This document shows positions 16,355 through 23,479 of a stretch of 26,513 bases of DNA, one piece after another. The translations under genes and the position numbers were made by a program. Every line of letters starts with the position of its first letter. The stretch's first letter is position 1. The notes beneath the pieces were generated by a model. The model saw only the letters and a program-made list of their open reading frames with translations. It was not told the origin of the DNA and did no database searches. The DNA is from a virus (lineage: Duplodnaviria; Heunggongvirae; Uroviricota; Caudoviricetes). Where the stretch lies: IMG/VR virus record IMGVR_UViG_3300048593_000456, positions 1 to 26,513 of that record; one strand, written 5' to 3'.

Positions 16355-16747
16355 ATGAAGTTAGAACTTGGTAAGGAATATCTAAATCGTCGGGGTGATA
16401 CGTGCGTGGTTTTAGATCCTGACTTTAATGGTGTAGTCTTAACTAAATACTTAATTAATGATGAGTGGTTTATACGTCAACACGATATTTCCGGCCTTTC
16501 CATATCTCGTGATTGTCGTGAATATGACATCATCAAGGAAAAACCCCAAGAACTAACGCTTGTTCAATATGTTGTATTGTACACCTTAAAAAATAAACCG
16601 AACGATTTACTTTGTTGGGGCATCTACAGCGATCTATGCGATTTATCAATTGCAAAATCAAGAATAGTTTTTAACGGGCATAATTTTTACGGAATCCAAG
16701 AAGTAAGATTACAATCAGACGGAACAAAAGAATGCATAAATTTTTAA
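16355..16747 (+). CDS. phage protein, paralog family B copy 2
   Basis: GKEYLNRRG..D.DF.G..L.KY and FYGIQEVRLQSDGTKECINF. Confidence 0.75.
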   Translation: MKLELGKEYLNRRGDTCVVLDPDFNGVVLTKYLINDEWFIRQHDISGLSISRDCREYDIIKEKPQELTLVQYVVLYTLKNKPNDLLCWGIYSDLCDLSIAKSRIVFNGHNFYGIQEVRLQSDGTKECINF

Positions 16748-16748
16748 C

Positions 16749-16776
16749 TTGACAATCGCAAGCGGCAAGGTATAAT
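16749..16776 (+). promoter_or_regulatory. sigma70-type promoter
   Basis: TTGACA-N16-TATAAT. Confidence 0.85.
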
Positions 16777-16787
16777 AAAGGAATAAC

Positions 16788-17064
16788 ATGGTTGAATATT
16801 ATACAAGTAAAAAAAAATCCAAATTGTTTTTTTGCATCATTAGAAGGTGTGGTTGTAGCAATGTGGCATGAATCTGACGATCCGAAACAATTGACAGGGT
16901 GGATGGATCGTTGTATTTATCGTCCTTTGAGAGAACACTACACAAAAATTGAATGGTCTGGCCCTGCTTATGACCCCGCTCTTTTAGTCGATACCGAAGA
17001 ATTTGAAATTGTTAAATCTACAGGAGAAGAATCACCTCGTATACCATGCGTCAAAGACTTTTAA
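16788..17064 (+). CDS. hypothetical protein, apparent frameshift in an A9 run
   Basis: AAGGA RBS plus ATG 16788 join the long frame only if one A of 16809-16817 is removed. Confidence 0.5.
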
Positions 17065-17075
17065 ATAAAAATAAC

Positions 17076-17366
17076 ATGACAATACTGGAACTATTAAAAC
17101 AATACGCCGATACAATTGATGCAATATTTAAATCTTTCGGTATCGATAATTGTTACGGCGAAATAGATGATCGTACATCTGATTTTTTCAGTATAGACGA
17201 TAACACGGTTGAATATTCCGATAAAAAATTTGAGGACGAAGGAGTATACCTAAACAGTATTATAAAAAAATATGAGAACGATACACACTATTTATTGTAC
17301 ATAAACAATGGGCGCGGGGAAAGATTCTACCAAATATTTGACAAATCGAAAGAAATAATTTTTTAA
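17076..17366 (+). CDS. acidic hypothetical protein (96 aa)
   Basis: In-frame ATG after the previous stop. Confidence 0.7.
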   Translation: MTILELLKQYADTIDAIFKSFGIDNCYGEIDDRTSDFFSIDDNTVEYSDKKFEDEGVYLNSIIKKYENDTHYLLYINNGRGERFYQIFDKSKEIIF

Positions 17367-17374
17367 ATATTTTG

Positions 17375-17402
17375 TTGACAAACCCCAAAATGCCTGTATA
17401 AT
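17375..17402 (+). promoter_or_regulatory. sigma70-type promoter
   Basis: TTGACA-N16-TATAAT. Confidence 0.85.
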
Positions 17403-17413
17403 AAGGAAGTAAC

Positions 17414-17653
17414 ATGAAAACTTTTGCCAAAGTATTAGCTGAAAGACCAGAACCTTCAAAACGTATTGTTCTAATAGAAGTTATTTTATGTGATTCAAGT
17501 ATCTATTGGAGATATAGTTGTGAATCAACTGTTTATTTATACAAGCATGAATGCGAATATGTAATACATAGTCAATGTACTGCAAATGATGCTTTAATTA
17601 ATAATTTTGCTAGTAATTTTCAATTGAAACTTATATCATACGAACTACTTTAA
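17414..17653 (+). CDS. hypothetical protein (79 aa)
   Basis: AAGGA RBS. Confidence 0.7.
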   Translation: MKTFAKVLAERPEPSKRIVLIEVILCDSSIYWRYSCESTVYLYKHECEYVIHSQCTANDALINNFASNFQLKLISYELL

Positions 17654-17696
17654 CCAACGGATTTGCCGACTTTTCAGGGCTTTTTTATTATATTGC

Positions 17697-17724
17697 TTGA
17701 CAAAATCCCCGAAGCGATTATAAT
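17697..17724 (+). promoter_or_regulatory. sigma70-type promoter
   Basis: TTGACA-N16-TATAAT. Confidence 0.85.
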
Positions 17725-17763
17725 AACATGCGTTGAGATTACACTAATACAGAAGGAGATAAA

Positions 17764-17991
17764 ATGAACATAAAATTTAACTGGTTTAATGAAGCCGACA
17801 TTTCACGCTTATCTAATCTTGCATCTCGTTATTTTTTAGAAACTATGCATATACCAACAGAAGATTCTTTTATATACAAACATCATGAAGATATGTTGAA
17901 AGACGGTTATTATCAATTATTCGAAACTGACTTTCAATCATTTTCTAAATATGCCAAATACTTCGGGCTTGAACCTATAAGGGAAGATTAA
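17764..17991 (+). CDS. hypothetical protein (75 aa)
   Basis: AAGGAG RBS. Confidence 0.75.
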   Translation: MNIKFNWFNEADISRLSNLASRYFLETMHIPTEDSFIYKHHEDMLKDGYYQLFETDFQSFSKYAKYFGLEPIRED

Positions 17992-17992
17992 T

Positions 17993-18241
17993 ATGAAAAC
18001 TTTTATTGGTGTATTTTGTGTTGTTTTGTCTTCACTGTTTTTTATCGCGGCATTTCTTTCTTGTATTGTAATGCTCGGATATTCAGCAACGGGCTTTATA
18101 AGAGAAATTAAATCTGAAACTACAAGTTTCTACAATATTCTTTTTTATGTTGCTGGACTTTTGTTTTTTCAGATTCCCGGAGTTATTCTTTTTATTTTTG
18201 GCCTCATTTTCGGATTTATTGCTTCTCGCAAGCTATCATAG
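17993..18241 (+). CDS. two-TM membrane protein (82 aa)
   Basis: Two long hydrophobic segments. Confidence 0.7.
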   Translation: MKTFIGVFCVVLSSLFFIAAFLSCIVMLGYSATGFIREIKSETTSFYNILFYVAGLLFFQIPGVILFIFGLIFGFIASRKLS

Positions 18242-18245
18242 TTAC

Positions 18246-18319
18246 GCCCGCATAGCTCAGTTGTATAGAGCGTTCGCCTTCTAAGCGAAATGTCGCAGGT
18301 TAGAGTCCTGCTGTGGGTA
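18246..18319 (+). tRNA. tRNA-Arg(TCT) copy 1, atypical elbow
   Basis: GCCCGCA/TGTGGGT, TTCGC-CT-TCT-AA-GCGAA, D loop AGTTGTATA, T loop TTAGAGT. Confidence 0.8.
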
Positions 18320-18353
18320 CTTGGTGTATAAATAGTTCTAAAAATAATTAATA

Positions 18354-18647
18354 ATGAGCATATTGACGAAACTTCCTAAACACATACAAGATAGTATACT
18401 ATCTAAAGACCCCAAGCTACGATTAGATTTATTGATGATTTCATCCTTAGAGTGTAAGGGATGGGAAGTTAGTTTTCCGGATGATATTATAGATTGGAGA
18501 CACTCGGCTACATTCTCTAAAGGCCCTTACACAGTTTATAGATATAAAGGCGATTGGGTTTGCAGTGAAATGACTGATAAAGGCATCCAGAAAAAAACTT
18601 TTGATTTTTTAGAAGATGCTGTTGATTTTGCTGAAAAAGTTTGTTGA
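18354..18647 (+). CDS. hypothetical protein (97 aa)
   Basis: ORF track. Confidence 0.7.
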   Translation: MSILTKLPKHIQDSILSKDPKLRLDLLMISSLECKGWEVSFPDDIIDWRHSATFSKGPYTVYRYKGDWVCSEMTDKGIQKKTFDFLEDAVDFAEKVC

Positions 18648-18671
18648 CAAAGGCTATAATCATGTTAAAAT
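18644..18671 (+). promoter_or_regulatory. sigma70-type promoter abutting tRNA
   Basis: TTGACA-N16-TAAAAT, TG extended; second TATAAT inside the spacer (18655-18660). Confidence 0.65.
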
Positions 18672-18745
18672 ATCCCCGTAGCTCAGTTGGCTAGAGCAAC
18701 TGCCTTCTAAGCAGTAGATCGTAGGTTCGAGTCCTACTGGGGATG
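18672..18745 (+). tRNA. tRNA-Arg(TCT) copy 2
   Basis: ATCCCCG/TGGGGAT, GCTC/GAGC, ACTGC-CT-TCT-AA-GCAGT, GTAGG-TTCGAGT-CCTAC. Confidence 0.9.
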
Positions 18746-18778
18746 CTAATAATAACACTAATTTTATTTGGAGAAATT

Positions 18779-19078
18779 ATGGAAACTGTTCAGTCGTTGC
18801 GTGAAAATGGTTATAAAGTTTTTGTAAAGCATTTGCGTAGATATAAAAGTGTTGGCTATAATAAGGGCACACCATTTATTTTTGACGCATTTGAAACAAA
18901 GCATGAAATTCCCGCTGGAGTTAAAATGCTTGCTACTGGTGGTGTAACTACTGTGGAGGTTATCACACCTAACGGTGATTCTTATAATGCTGTTGCTCAA
19001 TGTCACAACAATGATGTTTTCGAGAAGAAGGCGGGATGCAGGCTTGCATTAGAGCGAGCATTGCGTCAAATTTTTTAA
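18779..19078 (+). CDS. phage protein with C-terminal A.C...D.F.KK.G..LAL.RA motif (T7 gp1.2-like tail)
   Basis: GGAG RBS; motif recalled from the gp1.2 dGTPase-inhibitor-like family, function not established. Confidence 0.55.
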   Translation: METVQSLRENGYKVFVKHLRRYKSVGYNKGTPFIFDAFETKHEIPAGVKMLATGGVTTVEVITPNGDSYNAVAQCHNNDVFEKKAGCRLALERALRQIF

Positions 19079-19101
19079 TTTTTATTTTTCAAGGATTTTT
19101 T

Positions 19102-19344
19102 ATGGATAGAACAAATTTGTTCTCTAGTATTGGTGTAGGTGATGCATATTTTGGAAAAGATGAAAATGATATGTCTGGAAAAGCTGCTTTTATCTTTTTT
19201 CCTATTGACCCCGAACATGATGATGCAGATCCGGAATTAAATCCGGAGCTTTTTCAGAAAGTTTACATGACAATACCATGCGTCAAAGAATTGATTATCG
19301 ATCTACAATCGGTTGTAGATGATTTTGTTAACGGTGTTATTTAA
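19102..19344 (+). CDS. acidic hypothetical protein (80 aa)
   Basis: AAGGA RBS before ATG 19102. Confidence 0.7.
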   Translation: MDRTNLFSSIGVGDAYFGKDENDMSGKAAFIFFPIDPEHDDADPELNPELFQKVYMTIPCVKELIIDLQSVVDDFVNGVI

Positions 19345-19363
19345 TATTTTAGAAAGGTTTACA

Positions 19364-19636
19364 ATGAAGAACATGTTTTTTGCTTTAGTTTTAGTTTTTA
19401 GTCTTGCGTCTTTTGGATTTGCTTCGGGCGGTGATTGTGCCTCCGGTCGATGTCTCAAGACTGTTGGTGCGGTCGCAGTAGCACCCGTCCGAGTTGCAGC
19501 CGTTGTTGTTGATGGTGCCGTTGAAACCACCACTGCCGTTGCACAGCGAACCGTAACAGCGACTCGCAATGTTGCCACGACCAGCACACGGGTTGCAGTA
19601 AGGCCCGTCCGACGTTTGCTTAGCGTATTCCGCTAA
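19364..19636 (+). CDS. secreted protein with signal peptide, CxxGxC and RPVRR tail (90 aa)
   Basis: MKNMFFALVLVFSLASFGFA signal-like segment; DCASGRC; Val/Thr/Ala-rich body; AAGG RBS. Confidence 0.75.
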   Translation: MKNMFFALVLVFSLASFGFASGGDCASGRCLKTVGAVAVAPVRVAAVVVDGAVETTTAVAQRTVTATRNVATTSTRVAVRPVRRLLSVFR

Positions 19637-19660
19637 GACATAAGTACCAACAAACATTTG

Positions 19661-19684
19661 GGGTGGCCGGTCCACCCTTTTTTT
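19661..19684 (+). terminator. Rho-independent terminator
   Basis: GGGTGG-CCGGT-CCACCC followed by T7. Confidence 0.85.
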
Positions 19685-19699
19685 ATAGAAAGAAAAAAA

Positions 19700-20077
19700 A
19701 TGAATATTGATAACTTAAAAGATTTAATACTACAGCACGTTAAAGCCAGATCAGATAAAGTCAGCGTGCTTAAATTTCTTGCGGGCGAATATGAAAGACT
19801 TAATTATAGTAATTCCGTCACAGTAGAACAGATAGTTCGCAAGGCAATAGATAATAACAACACATGTCTTGCGGCCCGCGAAGATGAAAATCTAAAAATT
19901 GAAAATGATTTTCTCAAAACACTATTGCCTAATTATCTAAGCGTTGCAGAATTAAAGTCTGCGGTCGGGCATCTTAATTTAGATAGTACGGGTGCTAGCG
20001 TTGGCAAGGCTATTAAGTATTTAAAGTCTAACGGGCTTGCGTTCTTACCCGAGGACGTAAAGAAAGCACTAGAATGA
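19700..20077 (+). CDS. yqeY: GatB/YqeY domain protein
   Basis: Pattern K.RSDKVSVLKFL.GE...IVRKAI..N...R..ENLKIENDFLKTLLPNYLS.AEL...GASVGKAIK.LK matches the YqeY fold. Confidence 0.75.
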   Translation: MNIDNLKDLILQHVKARSDKVSVLKFLAGEYERLNYSNSVTVEQIVRKAIDNNNTCLAAREDENLKIENDFLKTLLPNYLSVAELKSAVGHLNLDSTGASVGKAIKYLKSNGLAFLPEDVKKALE

Positions 20078-20712
20078 ATTATCTAAATGTAAACATACCT
20101 ACTTTTGCGGCTTATGTTGACGAAGGCTTTTTTTACAATAGTCCCGCAAGCAATGAAGCCCCAAGAGTATTAGTAGAGGTGTTTTCTTTTACTTCTATAC
20201 CGCAGAGATGCGGAATGTTTTCCGTTATGACAGAATGGGGCACACAACATGCCCGAGTGCCAATACATTATTTGCATACATGCGAGTCTGGCGGCAGTTT
20301 TTATCCGTTAGATTTTATACAGTTGTGGGATAGTTATAGTTATTACGTTTCATGTAGTATTGTAGAGTATACCAAAAACCGCAAAGTTGAAATTTTATTG
20401 AAAGATAAAAAGGTTACTACTGCTAAGTATTTATTTACTCTAGATTGGTGTTTGGGGCCTCAATACAATTATGGTTACGCAGAAATGGCTGGCGGGCATA
20501 AATGCGGCCACGTATTTGAGGGCGATGGACAATATTTTATACAGCCTAACAATAGAGTAATGTGGATGGATGGCGGGGCATTCATTAGTAAGAAACTTAC
20601 GAGGCCAGATTGGAAAGTATTTTCGCAAGAATTTAGTTGTGAAAACACTGGTTCTAAATGGGTTAGCGAATCAGACGAAGAACTTTTTTTCTATCAATTC
20701 AAAGAGAAATAA
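20074..20712 (+). CDS. conserved phage hypothetical protein (212 aa)
   Basis: YLNVNIP...ARVPIH...QLWDSYSY...YLFTLDW...HKCGH...QPNNRV.W motifs recalled from a widespread phage family. Confidence 0.8.
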   Translation: MNYLNVNIPTFAAYVDEGFFYNSPASNEAPRVLVEVFSFTSIPQRCGMFSVMTEWGTQHARVPIHYLHTCESGGSFYPLDFIQLWDSYSYYVSCSIVEYTKNRKVEILLKDKKVTTAKYLFTLDWCLGPQYNYGYAEMAGGHKCGHVFEGDGQYFIQPNNRVMWMDGGAFISKKLTRPDWKVFSQEFSCENTGSKWVSESDEELFFYQFKEK

Positions 20713-20713
20713 G

Positions 20714-20741
20714 TTGACACACCGCAATGCGGTGGTATAAT
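20714..20741 (+). promoter_or_regulatory. sigma70-type promoter with perfect palindromic spacer
   Basis: TTGACA-N16-TATAAT; CACCGCA-A-TGCGGTG at 20720-20734. Confidence 0.85.
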
Positions 20742-20750
20742 AATGACTCA

Positions 20751-20884
20751 GGCGGCAACAGCCTTGAGCCAAGAGGCTATGAAGTTGCAGGGATCGTGGG
20801 TGTGATGGTGCATTGCAGGTCAGCGGAGAAATCTGTACCGGAGAGGCGTTGCCGGGGGAGTAGGTTCAATTCCTACACGGTCCT
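20751..20884 (+). ncRNA. tRNA-shaped ncRNA with 5' hairpin, 12-nt anticodon-position loop and long variable arm
   Basis: GGATCGT/ACGGTCC acceptor, GTAGG-TTCAATT-CCTAC T arm, GCAGG/TCTGT stem, CCGG/CCGG arm; own promoter, followed by a T-rich tract. Confidence 0.6.
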
Positions 20885-20919
20885 TTTTACTTTTTATTTT
20901 TACTCAGGAGAATAAAACA

Positions 20920-21135
20920 ATGAGCAAACAATGGGCAAACAAGACGCTCGATGGAATCACGGGTAACAATGTAAGAAACATTCGCAGAAGCGAAAATTAC
21001 GGTACGCATCTTTTGCAGGGAGAAATCTTTTGGAAATTGCAATGGACCGTTGGAATTTGGTATCCCGATGGCATTTACGCAGGAATCCTAGTTACGCCAA
21101 ATGATCGGTCACTAGATTTGGTCGAGGTACTTTGA
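20920..21135 (+). CDS. hypothetical protein (71 aa)
   Basis: AGGAG RBS. Confidence 0.75.
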   Translation: MSKQWANKTLDGITGNNVRNIRRSENYGTHLLQGEIFWKLQWTVGIWYPDGIYAGILVTPNDRSLDLVEVL

Positions 21136-21320
21136 TGAAGCTACTACTCAATACCATTGGCGTTACTGCTTATTCTGCATTGTTGGCGATTATTTCTTAT
21201 GCAATAGCACCAACGGAATCAGCATTTGCCGATGCAGCGACCACGTTTGTTATTGCTATGATCTTGTGCGGTGTATTTATATATTTTCATCCCGACCCAA
21301 TTGTTACGAATGTTCCTTAA
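21135..21320 (+). CDS. two-TM small membrane protein
   Basis: TGATG coupling, GAGG RBS. Confidence 0.7.
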   Translation: MKLLLNTIGVTAYSALLAIISYAIAPTESAFADAATTFVIAMILCGVFIYFHPDPIVTNVP

Positions 21321-21354
21321 AAACCTATCTCAAATAAACGGAGTCTCATAAATA

Positions 21355-21591
21355 ATGCATCTAACCAGTTTTTTGCTCGGTGTATACCTTACTGGTTTTT
21401 TTATAACACTACCAGTCGTTGCCTTTTTTTGTATTCTCGGCGGTAAAGATTCTGATATATGGAAAATATTTGTTTATCCGATTTTTTGGCCGATTATTTT
21501 TTTATTTTGTGTTTTTAAGGCTAAAAACAATGTTTTCTCAATGCTTGCTATACGTGTAGCTAAACGAGTAAATCCAAAGATTTGGCAATAG
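21355..21591 (+). CDS. small membrane protein (78 aa)
   Basis: GGAG RBS; two hydrophobic segments (VYPIFWPII). Confidence 0.7.
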   Translation: MHLTSFLLGVYLTGFFITLPVVAFFCILGGKDSDIWKIFVYPIFWPIIFLFCVFKAKNNVFSMLAIRVAKRVNPKIWQ

Positions 21592-21613
21592 TTAATTTTA
21601 TAAATAAAAATCT

Positions 21614-21701
21614 GCGGCATTGGCGAAATGGTGAAACGCCTTGGACTTAAAATCCAAGACCCATCGGGTGAACACTACTGGTTCGAATCCAGTATGCCGT
21701 A
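21614..21701 (+). tRNA. tRNA-Leu(TAA)
   Basis: GCGGCAT/ATGCCGT, D GCG/CGC, TTGGA-CT-TAA-AA-TCCAA, variable arm ACCC/GGGT, ACTGG-TTCGAAT-CCAGT. Confidence 0.9.
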
Positions 21702-21755
21702 CTTTGTAATGTAGCTCAAAAAGATAAATTTTATATTTAAAGGATGTAAATAAAC

Positions 21756-22097
21756 ATGAATGAAAAATTAAGACAGACCGGAAGAACAACTAAACTTTTA
21801 TTTGAAGCGATTAAATTGTGGGTTAATCAAGAAAAAGTTTGTGTTGTCTTTGCTAATTTTCATGATCGCGAACGTTATGAAAAGAAAATAAATTTAATAA
21901 TTTCTAATATGAGATATTTATTTAATAATAATTTACAAAATATACAATTTGTTTGCTCAGATGATATATCTTGGAATTGGTTTAATATGACATACAGAGG
22001 TCTTTGTCCATCTACAAAATATTTGATAGATCATTCAGCGATAGAGAAAAGATTTGGAACGATATTAACTGAACTTCACCGATTTGACCCAAAATAA
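21756..22097 (+). CDS. hypothetical protein with short P-loop-like motif (113 aa)
   Basis: RQTGRTT near the N-terminus followed by a beta-strand VCVVF. Confidence 0.65.
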   Translation: MNEKLRQTGRTTKLLFEAIKLWVNQEKVCVVFANFHDRERYEKKINLIISNMRYLFNNNLQNIQFVCSDDISWNWFNMTYRGLCPSTKYLIDHSAIEKRFGTILTELHRFDPK

Positions 22098-22115
22098 AAA
22101 AGATAAAAATAAACT

Positions 22116-22304
22116 ATGAGTATGAATCCCTACGAACCCTTAAACGATTCGCAATTAGATCAAATGGAAAGCTTAGAACGCAAGGCGGAACAGACGCGAG
22201 AGGCTGGGCCTATTGAGTCCTTCTTGGTGCTCGCTTTTCTGTCTGGTTTTATTGTTGGTGCTTGGGAGCTTATTCAGTTTTTCGTTGCGAGAGTCGGTAA
22301 ATGA
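22116..22304 (+). CDS. small protein with C-terminal TM (62 aa)
   Basis: Hydrophobic C-terminal segment. Confidence 0.65.
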   Translation: MSMNPYEPLNDSQLDQMESLERKAEQTREAGPIESFLVLAFLSGFIVGAWELIQFFVARVGK

Positions 22305-22356
22305 AAGTTTAAAGTTTTAATTTTTGATCATCCCGAACATATAAAAAAAGGCTGCA

Positions 22357-23007
22357 ATGAATAGCTACCTCGAAGAATTTTATAATCTAGCTTGCCACAT
22401 TGATGTATTGCAATTTTTTAATAATTACAAGAGAACATCAAAAATACACAAAGAGCTTACCGAAAGTATCGGCTGCTACAAAGCAGCCGTAGAGATGATG
22501 AATTTAGATGTAAGCCAAGAAAGACTTGTATTTATAATCGGTGACGGTAAATTTGCTAGAACTGCATCTGTATTTGCACACATGACAAAATGGACATGCG
22601 TATCTATAGATCCTCAACTTGACATTGAATGGTTTAATAAGTATAGCTTATACAAGAATTCCGTAGGACAAAATATCCGCAGATTAGAATGTATAAACTC
22701 AAAAATAGAAGATGCAAATATTGATTATGAAAAATTTAAAAATTTTGATAATATTTTGCTTGTGTTTCCGCATTCCCATGCTACAATAAAGTCATCAGTA
22801 GCGAAATTGTCAACCGTCTTCACGGAAGACAGAACGTTCGATATGATTAACATACCTTGCTGTGTTGAAGTGCCTAGTAATTTTAGAGCACAAAGATTTG
22901 TGAAATACAGTGAATATATGTCGTACTGCGACACAAATGTTATTTCGCCAAAAAACACCGTTCATTGTTGGAAAAATTTAACAGCTAATATTTTAATGAG
23001 GAAATAA
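22357..23007 (+). CDS. putative SAM-dependent methyltransferase-like protein (216 aa)
   Basis: FIIGDG..ARTA..FA..TKWTCVSIDP (motif I/II-like), HSHA, IPCC; family call from memory. Confidence 0.5.
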   Translation: MNSYLEEFYNLACHIDVLQFFNNYKRTSKIHKELTESIGCYKAAVEMMNLDVSQERLVFIIGDGKFARTASVFAHMTKWTCVSIDPQLDIEWFNKYSLYKNSVGQNIRRLECINSKIEDANIDYEKFKNFDNILLVFPHSHATIKSSVAKLSTVFTEDRTFDMINIPCCVEVPSNFRAQRFVKYSEYMSYCDTNVISPKNTVHCWKNLTANILMRK

Positions 23008-23225
23008 TGAAAATTGATTGGACATTGATTAAAAACGCAGATGTTTACACTTTTGCTCACGGCCTTACGTCCGGGCGGTCTTTGTATCGCTTGTATGTAA
23101 ACACAGAGGCTGGCGGACAAGTGAGAAATCTCGTGCGTCAGGGTGTTGAAAGAGCCAGAGTGTTAGCTAAAAAGACCCTACGCAGAAGGATGTTAAAAGG
23201 ATCATTTACTTTAACCGATGTATAG
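23007..23225 (+). CDS. hypothetical protein (72 aa)
   Basis: TAATG coupling, GAGG RBS. Confidence 0.7.
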   Translation: MKIDWTLIKNADVYTFAHGLTSGRSLYRLYVNTEAGGQVRNLVRQGVERARVLAKKTLRRRMLKGSFTLTDV

Positions 23226-23290
23226 TTTAAGTGGTGCAGAACATGGTGGGAATCCATCAAAGTAGCGGTTCGAGTCCGCCAAATCGACCA
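23216..23290 (+). pseudogene. degenerate tRNA (Pro-type acceptor) with encoded CCA
   Basis: CGATGTA/CAAATCG (2 mismatches), A73-CCA, GTTT/GAAC D stem, GCGG-TTCGAGT-CCGC; anticodon arm shortened, loop TGGGAAT lacks U33. Confidence 0.55.
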
Positions 23291-23479
23291 AAAGTAAGTA
23301 AAAGAGATAGAGAAAGATTATCTAGATTAGATAGAAAGATACATAAACTTAAAGAATGTATGAAATTTGCTAAGAATTGTAACCTTCCTTTTTCAAGATA
23401 TGAAACTTCTATATTTAAATTTGATATACAAAGAAAACTACTAAGAAATAAAATGAAGGGCTATGCTAACAAAACATAA
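23231..23479 (+). CDS. basic hypothetical protein, start uncertain
   Basis: ORF track; 5' part overlaps the tRNA relic. Confidence 0.45.
   Translation: MVQNMVGIHQSSGSSPPNRPKVSKRDRERLSRLDRKIHKLKECMKFAKNCNLPFSRYETSIFKFDIQRKLLRNKMKGYANKT

Noticed and set aside
20790-20884. tRNA-Sec or tmRNA call
   Set aside because: No 7-nt CT-TCA-AA loop (the loop is 12 nt), no G73, and no tmRNA ends or tag ORF
20727-20915. 62-aa ORF in the track
   Set aside because: Starts inside the promoter spacer and overlaps the structured RNA; no RBS
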